Positions 57,175 through 64,000 of a DNA stretch of 64,000 nt are shown here, piece by piece (positions within the stretch are counted from its first letter, which is position 1; each line of letters opens with the position of its first letter). Source of the DNA: Chrysomallon squamiferum (lineage: Eukaryota; Animalia; Mollusca); NCBI GenBank assembly GCA_012295275.1, contig CM022670.1:8308001-8372000 (forward strand). Direction: 5' to 3'. The translations under genes were made by a program, and so were the position numbers. The notes beneath the pieces are model-generated. The model ran no database searches. It saw only the letters and a list, made by a program, of their open reading frames with translations, and had not been told where the DNA came from.

Positions 57175-57576
57175 AATAATAATAATAATAATAATTAAAA
57201 AAATAAAGGCAACTATTTATATGAAAATTTAAACAAGAAATAAATAGGCAATGAATGAATAAACAGATTAGTGAAGGAATATGTATGTATGTATGTATAT
57301 ATATATATAATGTAATTAATGAAGTTATGAAGAAAAAAAAAAAGATTGAATAATAAATTAACTAATAAATATATAAATCGAAAGCAAATAAATAAATAAA
57401 CAAATAGATAGCTAGATAGACAGATACACAGATAAACATATAGATAGATAGGTAGATAGATAGATAAATCAAATAATTATAAACAGTGTAAGAGCGTAAT
57501 TCATACCACTTAAACATTTAGAACCAGAACATCAAATAAAAATCAAGAAACAACAAATAATAACAGAAACAGTAAC

Positions 57577-57629
<53 letters not shown>

Positions 57630-59174
57630 CAATTAAGAAAACAGAAAACACATTATTTAAGACAACATTAGAATATCTTAGATTTGAATTTCACAAACAT
57701 ATTCTATTCGCCCACAAAAGAAGTTTACATATTTCACTGACAAAACAGATTAGGAAATATTTCAGTGAGTCATTTTCAAACACTAAAACGTTGTTAAAAT
57801 GATAATTAGAAGACATAAAGATCGTCGTAGGTTTGTTGAAGACTTTTTCGCGTGATCTTTTCGATTTGCACAGTGATGATTTGCAAAACAAGATATACCC
57901 GGAGCAAGGCAAACGGATATCTTAAAACCATTCATTGTTGTCTTCTTGTGTGAACAAACACAAACAAAACAAAACAAACAACAATAACACATTGTGAAAT
58001 AAACATCGGCACGCAAAATCCGAGTTAAGTGAGACTGATACACCCACCTCCTTAGACATGCAAAATAACAGTTGATATATATATAATATAATTATTATTA
58101 TTTTATATGTCTGTATTGATATACTGATTCGGTTTCCTCTTGTTAAACTTCTTTTTAAAAACACTTATATATCTATATATATAAAAGGTAAACTATTTTC
58201 TGTATAATTATAAACAATCTATATATTGCACATTTTGTAAAAAAAATTTACCTTTTTTCCCCTCCCGTTTCTAAAAACTGTTATTTTATGACTTATTAAG
58301 TAAAATTATTTTTATTGCTGCTACTGTTACTTTGCTGCTACTACTACTACTACTACTACTGCTGCTGCTACTACTACTACTACTACTACTTCAATTACTA
58401 CTACTACTACTGATGATGATGATGCTCCCATTATTAAAATTCTGATGTTGATACTGCAACAACTGCTGCTACTACAACTGTTACTACTACCACTACTGCT
58501 TCTACCACTATACAGTTACTATACTGCTCCTGCAACTACTATCACTATACTGCTGCTGCTTCAACTACTCCTATTACTACTACTATGCTTCGATCACTAC
58601 CACAACAACATCCATAAAACGGTTTGTTTAGCACAAATATAAATTTTTTTATTGTATTAGAAATATTACTCATTCAAATTTTTTTTATCAACTTATTTCT
58701 CCGCAAACACGTGGTTCGTTATTTTTATTTTGGCAGGGAAGGGATGTCTTATTTATTTATTTATTTATTTTTTATCTGACGATCTTATAAAATTATTCAT
58801 GCGTGAAATGCACACGCCTGTTCTAATGTAAAACAGAGTTTTAACTATTCGCCTGTGGGTGTCATACACTGGGTTTTTCAATGCCATCGTACTGCACAGA
58901 AACGGGAAAATAATTGATTGGTGACGTAGGAAATTTAAAATATTAATCACATGTCAAATCACAAGAGGGTGCATAATACGCGTAATGTAAAAGTGGAAAA
59001 TCAAAACAAGACTGTTAAGTGACTGTATAATTTGAAGTACGACAGCTGAGCTGAGTAATATATTGTGTATTGTGACAACATGCTGAATCCGGTATGTTGA
59101 ATATAGAACAGGATGCGGTACTAAGAAAGAAAATAGGTCTGTGTGTATGTAGTTGTGTGTGTGCATGTGTGAGC

Positions 59175-59201
59175 GTGTGTGTATGTATGTATGTATGTAT
59201 G

Positions 59202-59233
<32 letters not shown>

Positions 59234-59311
59234 TGTATGTATGTATGTATGTATGTATGTATGTATGTATGTATGTATGTATGTGTGTATGTGTGTGTGT
59301 ATGTGTGTATG

Positions 59312-59340
<29 letters not shown>
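59175..59340. repeat. (TATG)n microsatellite
   Basis: Directly visible; source of MYVC-repeat ORFs. Confidence 0.97.
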
Positions 59341-59342
<2 letters not shown>

Positions 59343-62036
59343 GTTATTTTTATATGTATGTATGTATGTGCGTATGTTTAAAGTGTATATGTTTATGGAT
59401 GTATTTTATTTTACGTCCTGTGTCGAGCAGAAGGATATAATCATAGCTATGGTCCCAGCCTGTGACCAAGGCGATGGTCAAGCTTTTAATTAACAGGCGA
59501 GATTAGGCGGCTAGCAGACATCACTCAGACAGGGCTATAGATTTCAACATGTAAGTGTTAACAGTAAAATTAATGTTCTCATGAATAGCGAATACGACAT
59601 CTCTTGGTGACCAGCTTGCGTGGTGATCAGACACTTTTATAGCGCTAATAAACTGATGTAGTTGTTGTATCAGGTAAAACGTGTTAGAGGTCTGATGAAA
59701 GTCGTCGCAGTTCACGTGAACACTGGTATGTTTGTCTGCAAGAGAAAAAAATATAAAGAATTAAAACGGAACGTGTAGATCTGTATGAAGAGCGGTGTCT
59801 GTATGGCTTTTACTACGAATGACTTTGCTGAACGTTAAACAGCGTCACTGAAATTCTACTTCTGCTCTTTTGCTACAGGCTGATACAAATAACAGCACCT
59901 ACTTCTACGTTAGGACTCAGTATTTGTGCTGTCACCATTGCTGTATAGTTTTAACTGTTACTGTTGTAGTTACAAACAGATGCTACTGCTGTTGTTTCTG
60001 CAATCACCAGTTCATCAGTGATTGCTACACCAACTACTACTACTACTACTACAGTTACAACAACTCCTAATACGCGAACAACTTCTAATACAGCAGCTGT
60101 AGTTAACAATGTACCAATGGTTATTACTGCTATTATTGCAGGTACTAGTATAAATATAGTTCAAACAATTACTGCAAACACATTTTTTTTGCAAAGAGTA
60201 TCTCAAATATAACTGCATTGTTATTACAGAATTATTTCAGCAGCAGCAACAACATCTATTTTCATACTGTGTTATACAATTAGTACGTCTTTTACTGCGG
60301 CTACCACCACTGCAACATTTATGTTATTGCTGCAGTTGTTGTTACCAATACGATCATAAGCACTTCAACTGAAACTAAAACTACTGCTACTGCTACTACT
60401 AGTACTAGTACTACTACTACTACTACTACTGCTACTACTGTTAATACTATTACTAATTTATTAAAACTCATATTGTAGTAGCAAAGTAAATAACAAAATT
60501 AAAAATAAAAAGTCAAAAAATAAATAAATAAATAAATTAAATAAAAAAAAAAATAAAATATGAATAAAATAAAATAAAATAAAAAAAAAAAAATAAAATA
60601 AAATAAAATAAAATAAAATAAAATAAAATAAAATAAAATAAAATAAAACAAAATTTTAAATAATTTGGGAGAATAAACATCCATGACTAATTTCTGAAAT
60701 TTTCATTACGGAGAAAGATATTAAAAAGACATTTCACTCTAGTACAATAACAGTTTTGTACCTGATTGCAATTAGCCACCACGTCGTCTTGTCACTTAGC
60801 CATCGGCTACAACAACAGTCATGGTAGATGGTTTTACGATTCCCAAGGCTAAAACAATAAAGGGAAATGAAAGAAAACGTACAATTTAATGGGTGTGAAA
60901 ACGTCTGTTCGCGGCGCAGGCCAAAGTGAATCAAAAACTTTTGAAAACAAAAGTGATTGTCTGCGGTAGATTTTTTAACAAAAGGATGGTGATTTTAATG
61001 GTTAGGGTAACATATTTTCATCTCAAGGCGTTAATTCTGCCGGTCACAAGACAAACAAATACCTTTAACCAAATGGGATCAAGAAGGCTTTCGATTCAAT
61101 TGAAGGAGAGTGGAAACCCACCCGAGATAAAGACCTGCTGACCATGAAAGCCAATTACGATGAAATCAGGTCCGTCTAGTCATTTGATGGTCACTTGAAA
61201 GTGGGCGAAACAATGGGCGAAGAGCTGGACAAAAGCCACGCCTCTTTGTTATCTTGTCAGACCTGACCAGTGTCCATTATTCCGGGATGTACGCTAGCGC
61301 ATAGCCGTGTCTTATCTCGAACGAGGCCTCGAGCTTGCGACCAGATTGATTTTTTTATTTCAGAGAAGTGACTGTTAGTCGTGCAGTTTGACTTGCTGGT
61401 TAAGTGTGGAAGTAACGTGCGCTTGTTGTGTTGAAGCCAGTCACATTGTCGTTCGATCAGCGCTGATGAAGCCACACAGAACAGTTACTGTGAGTACATG
61501 ATTCGATTGTAATATTTACGCTTGTTAACCCTCGTGTTAACAAAATTAATGTGTGGCAGATCCGAATTAATTATAGTTCGAACAGTTAACATTAAAATCT
61601 TGAACATTTTTAAATACGAGCTATATAATTAGTGGTTTGAAATATCAATTTAATGTTTGTCACGTGTTTATGATAATATTATTTCTCTCTTTCCATCTTC
61701 CTTCCCCTCTTTCTTTTCTCTTTCTCTCTAACTCTCTCGCATGTGTGAACTTCTTAACATGTTACTACTACTACTGCTGCTTCTGTTGAAACTGCTACTA
61801 CTGCCATTGGTAATGATATTACTACAACTAGAACATACCTACCTATTGCCTACTACTACCTATTTACCATCTACTACAATTATCACAACTGCTACTACTA
61901 CCACTACTACTACTATTGCTACTGCTACTAGATACCTATCTGCCAACTACGTATATCTTACAATATTACTCTTCTATTTCTGTTACTTGGATTTTATTTC
62001 TTTTATTACTACTACTATTACAAATTCTGTATCTAA

Positions 62037-62067
<31 letters not shown>

Positions 62068-62102
62068 ACGATGTTGGATGGATAAAATCATATAGAGACA
62101 GA

Positions 62103-62133
<31 letters not shown>

Positions 62134-62580
62134 ACAGTCAAAACCAAATAAAATCAACTAATATAAATTCAAATCAAATAATCTTTACGACTAACAACTG
62201 AACAATAACAACAATCGGAAGCGGGTATCTGTATTCTGAATTTCCTCCTTATTCGGGTGCAGCACCATAGCGCTCCGCTATTGTCGTGTACCCAGGATAT
62301 TGGCATGGATCAGACTTAATTCACTGGCAAGGCTGTATCTAATTAAAAACTGGAGTAGGATAAGCTGGTATTTCTGTAACAAACGACTGAACGAATGGAG
62401 GTCGTATAGCATAACAGTGTTCGCGTGGAAATGTTTATTATATCGTGTTAAGTGAAGCGAAATGAATTAAAATCTGGACAAGGAGAATTAGTGTAGTCAC
62501 ACAGTCAATATTAGTAGCTAGTCGAAGATAAGCCAATTATCAGTCGCGACCATTCAGGAAAAAAAACCCCGTTTATCCTG

Positions 62581-62851
62581 CAGTGGCGGATCTAGAAAGG
62601 TAGTTTTGTTGGTGGGGGTATGGATAAAAATTACTTTTTGTTTTTAAATGCCGAAAATAAAATGAGTCTGCACTCATCTGCCGTAATAGAAGATTATGCT
62701 TTGCTTCAGTACCACTTGAATCTTTATTTCAGTTTTTCTCCACATCAAACATTCTAAATGTGAAGAACTTACAATTAATTTTGTGGCTTTGTAAACATAC
62801 AGTGGTATAGACGCTTTAAATGAGCTTTTCAAAGTGTTAGATCTGCCCCTA
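62581..62851. mobile_element. MITE-like element with imperfect 14-bp terminal inverted repeats
   Basis: Left CAGTGGCGGATCTA versus right reverse complement TAGGGGCAGATCTA (11/14); ~270 bp; no ORF; TSD not evident. Confidence 0.6.
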
Positions 62852-63560
62852 CTTTATGCAGTAACAGTAAAAAGTAATAACGAAATAAATACGTTGACAT
62901 CGACTGCAATATTAATTTTTTTACTATACGATAGGTGAAATAGCAACAGAGATTGTTTCAGGCAAAACAAAGCAATAAAAATAACACTGTACTAGTCATT
63001 CAGAACGGCTACATTTACGCATTTCCCGAAACGAATCCCTTTTATTAGAATTCAACTGCATTAATGTCGTTCTTTCTTGAAAAAAAAAAAAAAAAAAAAA
63101 AGAAAGAAAGAAAAAGCATATTCAACTGGTATTATGAAATATTAATACTGTGATTAGTTTCAGTTTTAATTTTGATCAGAAATGAAACTGATATGACAGG
63201 AGAGATGATATTTTCATAGATCACATCAAATAATATTAAAATACAACAATGATGCGCAGTCAACTGTAACGTGTAGACGTGGAACAGTGTGGAAAAAATA
63301 AATATAAATACATTCATAGATAAAACACATAGTTGTGTAGTTGTGTATGTATATATATATACAGTTATATACGTGTTTGTGTGTATGTTTTTGTGTGTGT
63401 TTGTATGTATGTTGTATGTATGTATGTATGTATGTATAATAAATTCATCAACATTTAAGTAGAAGAAAACAAACAAGAAATTACTGTAAACAAACAAACA
63501 AAATGAAATATAAAATAATATAATAATAATAATAACAACAACAACAACAACAACAACAAC

Positions 63561-63602
<42 letters not shown>

Positions 63603-64000
63603 CAGATTTTATAAAACAACAATCAAAAAAAAATATATCAGCTACAGCAAAACAACAACAGCTATATTAATTTTATTTCAGACAATTCTAAGTATATAAA
63701 ATATTATTACAAACTGAGCATTTGTTTTAGTATAATAACAGAGTCACTGAATACAAAACAATAGATTTTTAAGGTTGTAATAAGTAAAGTTTTTGTCAAA
63801 CATAGCAGTTCCTGGCTAGATATTAACAAACAAAACAAAAAAAAAACACTGCATCCATACCAACATGAAAAATAGTTTTGCCAGCATCTGCTATTAATAC
63901 CGTTTAAACATTTCCTATTTTCAGATTTTACGATTGTGAATTTGAAAATTCAGTTCTTTGTATCTAGTTTCTCAAGAGATGTATTCATTCTGTCACGCCT

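Overview
Eukaryotic, very AT-rich, microsatellite-dense genomic DNA, most likely from a mollusc (gastropod-like; inferred from the protocadherin type and a SINE fragment). The only confident protein-coding feature is missing from the ORF track because its stop lies outside the window: the 5' part of a protocadherin on the minus strand (ATG at 1420, reading off the left edge). It is 473 uninterrupted codons: signal peptide, EC1-EC4 and the start of EC5. The other ~62 kb is non-coding: GC/CpG-richer islands separated by simple repeats. It contains a splice-acceptor-like site 2 nt before the protocadherin ATG and several candidate minus-strand non-coding exons or promoters (2.9, 15.5, 23, 29.4, 46-52 kb). 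It also has a probable bidirectional CCAAT promoter with a plus-strand first exon at ~53.1-53.3 kb, local tandem and inverted duplications, minisatellites, MITE/SINE remnants and recurrent nuclear-receptor-like, CRE and E-box motifs. Most listed ORFs are microsatellite artefacts. All regulatory and splicing calls are by-eye predictions that need transcript data.
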